A stretch of 63,680 nucleotides of DNA, the filler included, from Octopus bimaculoides (Eukaryota): assembly GCF_001194135.2 (NCBI RefSeq). It is 9 parts of 9 records of this genome, joined end to end, with 100 filler letters (N's around TTAATTAATTAA, not from the genome) between each part and the next. Parts side by side here need not be neighbours in the genome. Positions count along the whole stretch, not along the records: positions 48,765 to 53,321 come from NC_068993.1; positions 53,422 to 57,667 come from NC_068989.1; positions 57,768 to 59,124 come from NW_026431777.1; positions 59,225 to 61,809 come from NC_068999.1; positions 61,910 to 63,680 come from NW_026340704.1; 4 more parts are not named here. One strand, given 5' to 3'. The notes under the pieces are model-generated. The model ran no database searches and had not been told where the DNA came from. It was given only the letters and a program-made list of their open reading frames with translations. Shown one piece after another: positions 52,161 through 63,680 of this stretch. Numbering within the stretch: the stretch's first letter is position 1; each line of letters opens with the position of its first letter. Position numbers and translations under genes: made by a program.

Positions 52161-53425
52161 CTTTTGGAGATATACACAAATCCTCGTCAATTTCCAAGAA
52201 AGATTATCACTAAGTGAATGAATTCCGCGATGCCAATCTTTTCCGCAGGTACAGGTGACCACAGATTTATATGCCATCAATTTCAGCCAATATTTACTCA
52301 GTTTGAACATTACGTTTCGGGCAGTGCTACATAACGTTGTATAACTTATTCCCCAAACACTTCCGATTAATTCAATGTTTGAATTGCTAATTTTTTTCTC
52401 CTGTATGATAATGATAATGAAGACAAAATTCCTTTGTTGCCTTTTAGACTTCAAACTTTGGAGTAGTATTTCAAAGAAATTTCTAACTGTGTTGTCTATT
52501 ACTTATGTACGATTTCAGCAATGTTTTAAGCTCAAAAGATATGAAATCCCGTTCACAATTACTGAACGTTTGAAAGCTCACCGATGATGGCATTTCTTTA
52601 TTCATGTCAAAACAAAATACAGATAGCAGTTATGGAAAAGTCATATACGAACGATTATTATGAATGGAGAACATAATCTTAACATATTGTCATGTTACAC
52701 CAAATGAATCCATACACAGCAATGAAATATGAATGGTGTCAAGACCTTTTCAATATCTACAATCGTGGGCTGAAGTATCTGCTTTTACTATTTTATCTTC
52801 ATGGTGTAAAAGCCCTTCCTTGCTATCATTCTGTTTTAGTTGTTTCTGCTCTACAGCTTTTCCTGACAGCTACGCTATTTCAAAATAACTATATTCTATC
52901 CCTGCTAATACCCTATCAAATGACAAGCGTATGCTTGACATTTAAGTATATATTGAAACAAGATGCTGGAGTATATTAATCTTATTTTACAAAGAATAAT
53001 ACAAAACATATAATATTAAGGATGTTATTACTCTCAAGACGAGAATGGTTCTATATCTAATGTCCGAACTTTAAAATTTTAACCGACTGGGTACGGGCAA
53101 AGCTGATGATTTGAATATCTGCGTTGTTTTCGAGATTCTTTCATACATTATTAATATACAAAACCTTCGCAAGTTATACATGTGTGCGCATAGATGTGTA
53201 TAAGTGAGCGCGTATTTACGTATTTATGTCGGAATAAACACACACACACACACACACGCATGCACATATGTATATAGGTATATATACAAATATATAGGTC
53301 TCTCTCTCTCTCTCTCTCTCTNNNNNNNNNNNNNNNNNNNNNNNNNNNNNNNNNNNNNNNNNNNNTTAATTAATTAANNNNNNNNNNNNNNNNNNNNNNN
53401 NNNNNNNNNNNNNNNNNNNNNTCTT

Positions 53426-53463
<38 letters not shown>

Positions 53464-53464
53464 A

Positions 53465-53741
53465 AAGTATCTGTCATTACAGTATCGAAATGTGATTGTT
53501 TCAGTTAGTGGAATAGTTTCATTTTTAAAGTGAAAGTATTTGACATGAGTGTTTTTGTTTCACTTTTGACACGTAATACTTAAATAGTGGAGGAGATATT
53601 ATGTTGCCGTGGGCTCGAACTCTGCAAGAAGTTAAAAAAATTTTTTGACTAAAACACAACTGGAACCCTAAGTAAGGCATGTGTAAAATTTGAATGAAAT
53701 TGGTTGCGTAGTTCTCGAGTTTTAGGGATTCACACACACAC

Positions 53742-53776
<35 letters not shown>

Positions 53777-53826
53777 AACAGACAGACAGCCAGACACACA
53801 CACATTCTCATTTTTATATATATAGA
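53465..53826 (-). mobile_element. Non-autonomous Helitron-like element, 5' portion
   Basis: Minus strand A|TCTATATATATAAAAATGAGAATG-(CTGT)n-...CCAATTTCATTCAAATTT, the typical 5' layout of microsatellite-carrying non-autonomous Helitrons; 3' CTAG end not seen. Confidence 0.55.
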
Positions 53827-54863
53827 TGAAACATAAACATTAATCTTTTGCCAGTTTATCTCAATAAACATCTAACATATCCTCTAACTCTTTAAATCCT
53901 TTGGTATTTCCTGCAAGGTTTACCTTCATTCTGGGTCAGGTATGTGGTCTCATTTGTGTTAATTTTACTTAAATTTTGAAGTGATTAACATCTGAACTTT
54001 TTGTAAAAGCAGAGAATAAAATTTTGAAATCTAATATTTTTTTTCCTTCTTCAGCTTTTATCTTCTTCTTGAGCATCAGTAGTTATTTTTCTCTGAAACT
54101 TGTAACCAAAATAAGGGTTAGGAATTAATAGTTCCTTGGTATTAGAGTTAACATCAAGAGGATCTGCTCTGTTTCTGTACAGCACAACACTAAGATATTG
54201 GTTTCAAATTTAGGCACAAGACCAGCAACTTTGAGGGAACGGGTAATCTGGCAGTAGTATAATACTACCATTGGATAGCAATGGGTCAAATATAAAGGTG
54301 AAGCAGCTTTATACTGTACTCTACTACATTCTTAATGGAATATAACCTAATTATATAAATGTATAGTTTTAGGGAAAAGAACCAATGTGCATGAACTCAT
54401 CGATGAAAATCCACTGTCACATATAGAAAAATTAATAAGTAAAATAATATAATACAAAGTAAGTATCATAAGATAATGATAATAAACTTACTACTAATTA
54501 ATTTAGTGTTAAAGATCAATTGAATTAAACAAAGGTAAAATGATACTTATTGCTACACTGTTTAAACTTAATTTTAATTTTTAATAAACTGAATTTAATT
54601 GAGTTTTTACCAGTAAATTTGGATTTTTATCCCTAATAATATTATTATATATATATATATATATATGTATATNNNNNNNNNNNNNNNNNNNNNNNNNNNN
54701 NNNNNNNNNNNNNNNNNNNNNNNNNNNNNNNNNNNNNNNNNNNNNNNNNNNNNNNNNNNNNNNNNNNNNNNNNNNNNNNNNNNNNNNNNNNNNNNNNNNN
54801 NNNNNNNNNNNNNNNNNNNNNNNNNNNNNNNNNNNNNNNNNNNNNNNNNNNNNNTATATTATA

Positions 54864-54910
<47 letters not shown>

Positions 54911-55053
54911 ACGTGTGTGTGTTTGTGAGCTGTCTAAGAGTCCATAAGTCAGGAAAAAACACGCTTGTATATCTGCCTGTAAAATGGGTGTATCAATTGA
55001 TGTGTACAGTATTATATATTCATTACAACTGATCTTACCAATTGGGGTTCAAA

Positions 55054-55232
55054 GGAGTGTTAGGTAACAGTCCGGTTATGTAACCATTCACTCATCAGAG
55101 GTAACTGTTATGGAATGAAATATGGCAACTGCTCTCCAGAGAGCAGTCACCATATTTTGCCATAATTTCATTCCATAATGGCTACCTCTGATGAGCTCTA
55201 GGTTACATAATCAGACTGTTACCTAACACTCC
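55054..55232. repeat. ~180-bp fold-back element (MITE-like)
   Basis: GGAGTGTTAGGTAACAGTC...CTCATCAGAGGTA...TTATGGAATGAAA..ATGGCAA is present on both arms; central hairpin ACTGCTCTC-CA-GAGAGCAGT. Confidence 0.85.
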
Positions 55233-55341
55233 ATTACTCCCCTAGTGTGAAACCAATTGGTAAGATCAGCTTTAATTGATATATAATACTGTACGCTTTG
55301 ATTAATGTGTGAGTGTGTGTGTGTGTGTGCGTGCGCACATG

Positions 55342-55772
55342 TGTAGTGAACCCTGGCGGTCACATTAGGAAGCAAAATGGAAAAGGGATTTAACGAGAGT
55401 AACCTCTCTCGAGCTTCTAGAAAGTTCTCGAACATTCTAGAAGCTTCTGGTTTATGTGGAAGTCGGGGATTTCCAGTTCATTCCTTATATAAGGAAGGAA
55501 TTTCTAAATTCGTGCCATTCAGTACCTGTTTATTCTTCAACATGCATTGGGTTACACTACCGCATTTACACACCAGCTCGCGTGCATGTTCACCTCACTT
55601 ACTTGGAGACATGTGAACGCAAACAGAATATATTAATGTAATGTTACAAACTTTCCTTCAATTTACCTTATATGTTAATGCATTACCTCCAGTAATAAAT
55701 ATGTTATGACTTATTACAATCGTCTCCTGAATTTCTATTTTCTTGTTCTTATGTACAAGATGGTGACCCCAC
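55342..55772 (+). mobile_element. LTR retrotransposon 5' LTR (55342-55757) + tRNA-Trp PBS, truncated immediately after
   Basis: TGTA...TACA termini, TATATAA at 55486, AATAAA at 55694, then AGA-TGGTGACCCC (complement of the tRNA-Trp 3' end GGGGUCACCA). Confidence 0.8.
55414..55448. promoter_or_regulatory. Perfect 7-unit heat shock element (nGAAn array)
   Basis: cTTCtaGAAagTTCtcGAAcaTTCtaGAAgcTTCt, alternating in exact 5-bp phase, about 40 bp upstream of the TATA box. Confidence 0.8.
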
Positions 55773-55923
55773 TTTTTCTCATACTGACTAGATTATAGTG
55801 TGTCATTTGATCAACATTACCACCATAAAATGGTAACCCTGACATCACTATCTATATATAAATATATACACACACATATATACACACAAAATGTTTATAT
55901 GTTTGTGTGTGTGTGTGTGAGTA

Positions 55924-56062
55924 TACTCTTTTATTTTTTCATTTGTTTCAGTCATTTGACTGCGGCCATGCTAGAGCACCACCTTTTTAGTCGAGCAAAT
56001 TGACCCCAGGACTTATTTTTGGAAACCTACTACTTATTCTATCGATCTCTTTTGCCGAACCG
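55924..56062 (-). mobile_element. SINE family B, 3' half
   Basis: TTTGTTTCAGTCATTTGACTGCGGCCATGCTAGAGCACC...TTATTCTATCGATCTCTTTTGCCGAACCGC. Confidence 0.85.
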
Positions 56063-56660
56063 CAGAAGAGAAAAGAGAGGAAGAAAAGACAGACGGAGGA
56101 AAGGAGGAAAAAGAGGAGGAATGGAAAGTTACAGAGAGCAGAAGGAGAAAGAGAAAAACTAGAAAAATCACTGAGTATGATGTGGTATTCCAGTCCAACT
56201 CCATCACACCCAAGACCACTCAGACCCACCCTCCCCATACAAACACCAAACTCACCCACCTCATTTCCCCACAAGAAAAAAAAAGAAAAAGAAAGAACAG
56301 ACACCACAAAATTTAGAACCCCGCCTCGGTGTGAAAAAGTTTACCAATGCATAGCAGAGAGAATGATGTCACTAAGTGATGGAGAAAGGGGAAAAAGGAT
56401 TGGACTGAAGGAGTAAAAGGACTTAGGACCCAGAGGCGGCAAGTGGTGTTACTCAGTGTGAGGTGAGTAGCACACTCTTCATAATATCATTTTCAGATAT
56501 CATTCGTGTTTTCATATTTTAATTTGTTTTTCATGTTCATTTTCATGTGTCATTCATTATATCACATTTTATTTTTATATTTTTAATTGTTTTTTGTCCC
56601 CACATGTGTTGGTAGTGTCCCCCTCTGTGTAATGCCTTTATGGCAATTTTAAAGAAATAA
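56063..56660 (+). mobile_element. Unclassified element, possibly a Tx1/L1-type ORF1 end plus 3' UTR
   Basis: Frame reads EEEWKVTESRRRKRK...; T-rich UTR ending CCCCCTCTGTGT...TAAAGAAATAA; family assignment is tentative. Confidence 0.35.
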
Positions 56661-57043
56661 AGAAGCTTGCTTCCCAACTACATGATTCTGGGTTCATTCC
56701 CACTGCATGGCACCTTGGGCAAGTGTCCTCTGCTATAGCTTCAGGCCGACCAAGGCCTTGTGAGTGGATTTGGTAGGCAGAAACTGAAAGAAGCCCATTG
56801 TGTGTGTGTTTGTTTGTGTGTGTGTGTATGTGTAGGTCTTTGTGTCTGTGTTTGTCCCTACCACCCATCACTGCTTGACAACCGGTATTGGTGTGTTTAT
56901 GTCCCTGTAACTTAGCATTTCGGTAATAAGTACTAGGCTTCAAAAATAAGCCCTGGGGTCAATTTGTTTGACTAAAACTCTTCAAGGTTGTGCTCCAGCA
57001 TGGCCACAGTCAAATGACTGAAACAAGTTAAAGAATAAAAGAA
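56660..57043 (+). mobile_element. SINE family B (first ~20 bp missing) with internal (GT)n
   Basis: AAGAAGCTTGCTTCCC...GGCACCTTGGGCAAGTGTCC...CTCCAGCATGGCCACAGTCAAATGACTGAAACAAG. Confidence 0.88.
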
Positions 57044-57913
57044 TATATTTTTTAATGATTTTTTTAAAGAACTGATTGGGATGGGTGTGTTTTGGCTTGC
57101 AGTTAATATAAGTTGTTACTGGACTATTTTTCAAAATTGTATAGAAAAGTAGATAAATTTCGAGATTGAATCCACAAATTTATGGTAATGAACTTGCATT
57201 AAGCAGTTGCTAAAATCACAGCAAGCAGTTGACAGAGAACATGAGGTCATAGACAAAAGATGATAAAGACAAGCTAACTCAAAGCTAAAGGTCATGGACA
57301 ACACCAGTAAAATAATCTTAATATATATAAATCTGAAATTGTGTGTTTGTGTGAAGCCTTTTTGAATGTTTATAGAAATCCACATTTTCCACTTTTTCGT
57401 AAAAATTTTTACATCAATGGAATTTTCTCGATGTGAACTTTCCAGTGCAGTAATTAGATTTTTAAAATTCCGTTTACTTTGTGTGATTTAAGGGAGATTT
57501 GGCTGTTGTTTCTAGCAACTTTTATATTTCATCCCTGCTACCTGGAACGTCATTCTTACACACGCGCTCAACATAAAAATATAGAGAGTAAAAGTAAAAG
57601 AGGGAGAGGGAGAGAGAGAGAGAAAGTGATACATACAACGTCATAGATTAAACTTTCATCTCAGTATNNNNNNNNNNNNNNNNNNNNNNNNNNNNNNNNN
57701 NNNNNNNNNNNTTAATTAATTAANNNNNNNNNNNNNNNNNNNNNNNNNNNNNNNNNNNNNNNNNNNNCTACGTCTATCTTTACTTATCTCTGATTTATTT
57801 ATTACTGATCCAAGGTAACACGGTACGCTCAATTGTAAACCACGTTACACTTACTACGGATTGATCTGTTATATCACGGGTCGGTGAACAATCGAAGATT
57901 CTGCGAAGGTTTA

Positions 57914-58122
57914 TTTTCTACTCTAGGCACAAGGCCCGAAATTTTGGGGGAGGGGACCAGTCGATTAGATCGACCTCATTACGCGACTGGTACTTAATTC
58001 ATCAACCCTCGAAAGGATGAAAGGCAAAGTCGACCTCGGCGGAATTTGAACTCAGAACATAAAGACAGACGAAGTACTGCTAAGCATTTCGCTCGGCGTG
58101 CTAACGATTCTGCCAGCTCGCC
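57914..58122 (-). mobile_element. SINE family A, full length
   Basis: Antisense TCTAGGCACAAGGCCCGAAATTTTGGGGGAGGGG...AAAGTCGACCTCGGCGGAATTTGAACTCAG...GATTCTGCCAGCTCGCC. Confidence 0.9.
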
Positions 58123-58449
58123 AAAGGCCCCATGTTAAGTGGGATTTGAAAATTCCATTCTCAAATGTTTATTCTTTCTTCTTTTGTTTCTTTTTCTGTT
58201 TTTGAAAAACGAAGAGTGTTTGAGGAATATCTGACTACTATTTCAAACACGTTCAGCCAGCGCATAGAGCAGGCAGGGGCGATCTTTCTCGAGAAGCGGG
58301 CCGCATGAGACATGGCTCATCATCAAGATGACCACACAACTAAAAAGAATTCAAGGTTTTTTTGTTTTGTTTTTTTTAGTTAGGTGCGTCATTCTGAAAG
58401 TTCCCCAGGTTGCTTGTGGCTGCCGCAGAGATGCCGTTGATGTTTTCGT

Positions 58450-58622
58450 ATACTGGTTTCAAATTATGGCACAAAGCCAGCAAGTTCGAGGGAAAGTGGG
58501 TAAATCGATTACATCGACCCCAGTGTGCAGTTGGCACTTCTGATATCGACCCCGAAAGGATAAAAGGCAACGATGACCTTGCCGGAATTTGAACCCAGAA
58601 CGTAAAGACGGACGAAATGCCT
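58450..58622 (-). mobile_element. SINE family A (alternative tail), 5'-truncated
   Basis: TGGTTTCAAATTATGGCACAAAGCCAGC...GATTACATCGACCCCAGTG...GGAATTTGAACCCAGAACGTAAAGACGG. Confidence 0.8.
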
Positions 58623-59224
58623 TCGTATTTAGCGATGTACAGATGTAAGTACTTTAAAATAGAGTTGAGTGGGTTGAATGAGGGAGAATGACAGAATAAA
58701 AGATAAGGGAGGGAGATAGAGAGAGAAGGGGGGAGGTATTAGACAGGCAGGCAAACAGACTGACAGACAGACTGATTAAACAGTTGGACAAACGAAACCG
58801 AAAATAGCGGGAAGAGTTGGTTGATAAGAAAGACAAGAAATTGCAAGATATCGCAGAAGGCGTTGTTCTGCGATATTAGACACACGGTTGTTGTTTTCGT
58901 AACTGGAGAAGGAGACCAACACCGCTTCCTCACCACCGCCCCACCCACACTCCCTCTCTCTCTTTCTCTCCTTCTCTTTCTTTCTTCCTTCCTTCCTTTC
59001 TTCTCTTGTTCTCTTTCCTCTCTCTCTTCTCCCTTTCTATCACTGTATCATCTGTGAAATAGGACTTTGCTGTAGTTTAGCCCCAGGTCAGACCTAGATC
59101 TGATCCTATAAATATTTGATCAAANNNNNNNNNNNNNNNNNNNNNNNNNNNNNNNNNNNNNNNNNNNNTTAATTAATTAANNNNNNNNNNNNNNNNNNNN
59201 NNNNNNNNNNNNNNNNNNNNNNNN

Positions 59225-59255
<31 letters not shown>

Positions 59256-59299
59256 CCCCGGCGTGATAAAGATTACGCTAACTTGCCGACTTCAACACT

Positions 59300-59690
59300 G
59301 AGAACCTGATGCGAAAAATAGCTCGGACACATACAGGGAAGATGATATTCCAAAGGCAGGAGTTCTTATGATGGGAAACAATGCTCAATAAACCATATTT
59401 AAGCGACATTGCCCCATCTGATTATCATTTAATTCGCACTCTTCAAAATCATTTGGCAGGGAAAAATATGAATGCTGTAAACGAGATCAGAACAGTATTG
59501 GAGGAGTATTTTTCGTAAGAGACGGGTGAATTTGGAAGACAGGCCTTATACGTATACCAGATAGTTGGAAGAGCATTGTACAAAATAAAAGAGAGTATAA
59601 TTTAGATTTAAGAAGAAGTTTGTTAATCTTAATTTTGAAAAATTTAAGAAGTATAAAACCCCGTATTATTTAAGGGATGACACACTTATA
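59300..59690 (+). mobile_element. Mariner transposon 3' fragment with right TIR
   Basis: KPYLSDIAPSDYHLIRTLQNHL (YSPDLAPSDYHLF-like), ..WKSIVQNKREY; TIR-like CGTATTATTTAAGGGATGAC. Confidence 0.75.
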
Positions 59691-59833
59691 TACGTGCATA
59701 TATCAGATGTGAAATGTTGTAACACATGTGCATTTATTTCATTATAATTTTTATATTAAAACCTAACGTGCGCTTCCCTTGTTCTAAAAAATATATTCAC
59801 GAATTTATTTCATAGAATATTTAAAATTATAAA

Positions 59834-60046
59834 GCGGCGATCTGGCAGAAACGTTAGCACGCTGGGCGAAATGCTAAGCGGTGTTTCGTCTGTCTTTAAG
59901 TTCTGAGTTCAAATTCTGCCGGCGTCGAATTTTCCATTCATCCGTTCGGATCCAGTTAGATACGTACCAGTTACACACTGGAGTCGATCTAATCGACTGT
60001 CCAGCTCCCCTTAAATTTCGGGCCTTGTGCCTAGAGTAGAAAAGAA
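59834..60046 (+). mobile_element. SINE family A, full length
   Basis: GCGGCGATCTGGCAGAAACGTTAGCACG...GAGTTCAAATTC...AAATTTCGGGCCTTGTGCCTAGAGTAGAAAAG. Confidence 0.88.
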
Positions 60047-60072
60047 TATTTAAAATAATAGAGTTATTAGTC

Positions 60073-60232
60073 GCATGAGTGGCTGTGTGGTAAGTAGCCT
60101 ACTTACCAACCACATAGTTCTGGGTTCAGTCCCATTGCGTGGCACATTGTTGAAGAGTTTTCTGCTATAGCCTCGGGCCGACCAAAGCCTTGTGAGTGGA
60201 TTTGGTAGACGGAAACTGAAAGAATCCCATCT

Positions 60233-60240
<8 letters not shown>
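60073..60240 (+). mobile_element. SINE family B, 5' half running into (TA)n and a gap
   Basis: GAGTGGCTGTGTGGTAAGTAG...GGGTTCAGTCCC...CCAAAGCCTTGTGAGTGGATTTGGTAGACGGAAACTGAAAG. Confidence 0.85.
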
Positions 60241-60269
<29 letters not shown>

Positions 60270-61693
60270 NNNNNNNNNNNNNNNNNNNNNNNNNNNNNNN
60301 NNNNNNNNNNNNNNNNNNNNNNNNNNNNNNNNNNNNNNNNNNNNNNNNNNNNNNNNNNNNNNNNNNNNNNNNNNNNNNNNNNNNNNNNNNNNNNNNNNNN
60401 NNNNNNNNNNNNNNNNNNNNNNNNNNNNNNNNNNNNNNNNNNNNNNNNNNNNNNNNNNNNNNNNNNNNNNNNNNNNNNNNNNNNNNNNNNNNNNNNNNNN
60501 NNNNNNNNNNNNNNNNNNNNNNNNNNNNNNNNNNNNNNNNNNNNNNNNNNNNNNNNNNNNNNNNNNNNNNNNNNNNNNNNNNNNNNNNNNNNNNNNNNNN
60601 NNNNNNNNNNNNNNNNNNNNNNNNNNNNNNNNNNNNNNNNNNNNNNNNNNNNNNNNNNNNNNNNNNNNNNNNNNNNNNNNNNNNNNNNNNNNNNNNNNNN
60701 NNNNNNNNNNNNNNNNNNNNNNNNNNNNNNNNNNNNNNNNNNNNNNNNNNNNNNNNNNNNNNNNNNNNNNNNNNNNNNNNNNNNNNNNNNNNNNNNNNNN
60801 NNNNNNNNNNNNNNNNNNNNNNNNNNNNNNNNNNNNNNNNNNNNNNNNNNNNNNNNNNNNNNNNNNNNNNNNNNNNNNNATATATATATATATATATATA
60901 TATAACTTTTTTGTGATACGCAGAAATTATAGTCTCAATCATAAAATGGATGCAATCATCCAGCCACAGAATTTACTAATCTTCGAAAGATTAATGAGTG
61001 TTTATCACCTCAGGAAACATAAAAAAAATATGATTAACGGAATAATTATTTCTCCGTATTTGAGTCATACCTATTTCAATTAATTGTGCAGCATGTTTGT
61101 GTATATCTCAGTAAAATTGCAATTCATTATTTAGTTGCGCTCGCACATATTCAAGCATTTATGGGAATGAAAACAAGTGAAAATAAATTTGAGAAAGTAA
61201 GAAATTTTCATTTCTGGTAATTGAAATTTCATATAATATACTTGTATCATTGATCATGGGGTAAAACTAATGAGCGCGTTTCTTTTTAATTCATGCTTGT
61301 TACTTACGCCACTAATGCGTTCATTTCAGTTAGCGTAAGTTATAATCACTTGGCTAGTACACATACCATGGCATATTTGCCACCTATTGTTCACGCTGCT
61401 CCATTTGTCTTCAAAGAGTAATTTCCTCATTTTCCGTCATTTGTGTATAGTTTGCACTACTGATTTTATCTCCCCTTCTAACGAACATAGTGCATTTATT
61501 TCAATTTTTTCCACATCGGGATTTAAGTTGAGACGTGGCAACAATGCCATAATCTGAAACATATTTTCTCTAAAAAATAATACATAAAAATGGGACCCGA
61601 GGAGATGGAGCATCCTATATATTATATTTTATAATATTCTATAATATGTATTAATCATTCTGGATGTTCCATCGAAATGTACATAGGTCAATT

Positions 61694-61752
<59 letters not shown>

Positions 61753-62535
61753 GTTATTATTATTATTATTTTTATTATCATCATTATTATTATTATTCAG
61801 TAGTTTTATNNNNNNNNNNNNNNNNNNNNNNNNNNNNNNNNNNNNNNNNNNNNTTAATTAATTAANNNNNNNNNNNNNNNNNNNNNNNNNNNNNNNNNNN
61901 NNNNNNNNNATGTATGTATGCATGTATGTATGTATGTATGTATGCGTGTATGTATGTGTTTACACGTATGTAAGTTGTATTAGAAGCATTCCTAAGTGCC
62001 ACTTTTCAATTCAAGAAGGGGGAATTTTTTCTATCTTTCCTTTGCATTAAACTTTTGCAGTTTCCTTTTCATGATGACGTGATACCGGTGTATATTGCTT
62101 ATATTTTATAATAGACAAGGTCAATTTGATCGTCAGGGATTTTTGACTAAGTTTTATACGCTACCTCACAGGTATCTTGCGTGTATGCTACCAGAGGACA
62201 GTTCTAAATATTACTCTTATCATTCATCGTTTATTTGGGAGGGGGAGATTCTATACATGTGTTGTCTACTAATGTTTTTCTTTTTGATCTAGTTTTCTGT
62301 TCTGTGGTGCAGCGCTTTATAATCATTCCTTTTTTTAAGTGGATGATGAACAGTGTGAGAGTGTCGTGCTTTTGGGAAGACAGTGAATCTCGAAGCACAT
62401 AAAAACTAGAAGTGATATCATGTAAAATATCAGGTTCAAAAAAAAACTTTGGGATAGAAAAATTCGAAGACTATCTATAGATATCGTATGACTGGTAATC
62501 GAAAAACAGAATATAAAAATTAACGATAAAAAAAA

Positions 62536-62700
62536 GGAGTGGCTGTGTAGTAAGTAGCTTGCTTACCAACCACATGGTTCCGGGTTGAGTCCCACTGCGT
62601 GGCACTTTGGGCAAGTGTCTTCTACTATAGTTTCGGGCCGACCAAAGCCTTGTGAGTGGATTTAGTAGACGGAAACTGAAAGAAGCCCGTCGTATATATG

Positions 62701-62765
<65 letters not shown>

Positions 62766-62955
62766 NNNNNNNNNNNNNNNNNNNNNNNNNNNNNNNNNNN
62801 NNNNNNNNNNNNNNNNNNNNNNNNNNNNNNNNNNNNNNNNNNNNNNNNNNNNNNNNNNNNNNNNNNNNNNNNNNNNNNNNNNNNNNNNNNNNNNNNNNNN
62901 NNNNNNNNNNNNNNNNNNNNNNNNNNNNNNNNNNNNNNNNNNNNNNNTATATATG

Positions 62956-63019
<64 letters not shown>

Positions 63020-63218
63020 TGTGTTTGTCGCCCCAACATCGCTTGACAACTGATGCTGGTGTGCTTACGTCCCCGTAAATTAGCGGTTCGGCAAAAGAGA
63101 CCGATAGAATAAGTACTAGGCTTACAAAGAATAAGTCCTGGAGTCGATTTGCTCGACTAAAAGCGGTGCTCCAGCATGGCCGCAGTCAAATGACTGAAAC
63201 AAGTAAAAGAGTAAAAGA
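62536..63218 (+). mobile_element. SINE family B, full length, with a gap inside the internal (TA)n(GT)n
   Basis: Head GGAGTGGCTGTGTAGTAAGTAGCTTGC, core GGCACTTTGGGCAAGTGTCTTC, 3' half ending GACTGAAACAAGTAAAAGAGTAAAAGA. Confidence 0.9.
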
Positions 63219-63680
63219 GAATATGAAAGTGCCAAGGAATAAAAATACAAATTCTTGTTAGAATACCTCTTGAATATGGAACTTGCTTCATTACGAAGAA
63301 AAATTCCCTTTGTTCTATTTTCTAATTTATTTTTATGTTTATTGTGTGAACTAGCTTTAACGAAACATTCGTTTGACTAGAAATAGCAGCTAAATCATGC
63401 TCAATATCCCCTAGTAACTGTGTCACACAAAAAAAAATAGAAATTAGATAATGGGTTTTACTGCTTTATATTATGTGTGAAATTTTAAGGTTCTGGTTCA
63501 AACGCTGCCAAGGTCGACTTTGTCTTTCATTCTTACGAGGGTTGATGAAATGAGTAGCTGTTGGGTGCCGATGAAACCGTAAACTTAATTTCGCACTCAT
63601 TGTTAGCGTGATGAGTCACTGGGCCAATAGTAATAACAATAACAATAATAATAACAATAATAATAATGATGATGATGATG

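Noticed and set aside
56000-56416. 138-aa ORF with a signal-peptide-like start and dibasic sites (neuropeptide-precursor look)
   Set aside because: The hydrophobic N-terminus is the antisense of a SINE B fragment, the ORF starts at TTG, and the rest is purine-rich repeat-like sequence

Overview
AT-rich, microsatellite-saturated metazoan genomic DNA with many N gaps. The SINE families and repeat content look like an octopus/cephalopod short-read assembly (inference). I find no convincing host protein-coding exon, rRNA or tRNA gene. Nearly all long ORFs in the supplied track are microsatellite or N-gap artefacts or transposon debris. The window is a transposable-element graveyard: (i) several tRNA-derived SINE families; (ii) R4/Dong-like RLE LINE fragments sitting in (CATA)n, (AAG/AAT)n and (GAT)n microsatellites; (iii) an L1/Tx1-like LINE; (iv) Penelope-like elements, one with inverted ~260-bp terminal repeats; (v) mariner/Tc1 fragments, a Helitron-like element and LTR remnants. 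The most notable observations are an LTR with a perfect 7-unit heat-shock element, TATA box, poly(A) signal and tRNA-Trp PBS (55342-55772); a cluster of minimal type-I hammerhead ribozyme motifs at 13.0-15.7 kb, with further relics at 37.0 and 38.7 kb; a LINE family apparently targeting (CATA)n; and several long fold-back or palindromic segments. All calls come from reading the sequence by eye; no searches or folding programs were run, and repeat boundaries are approximate.
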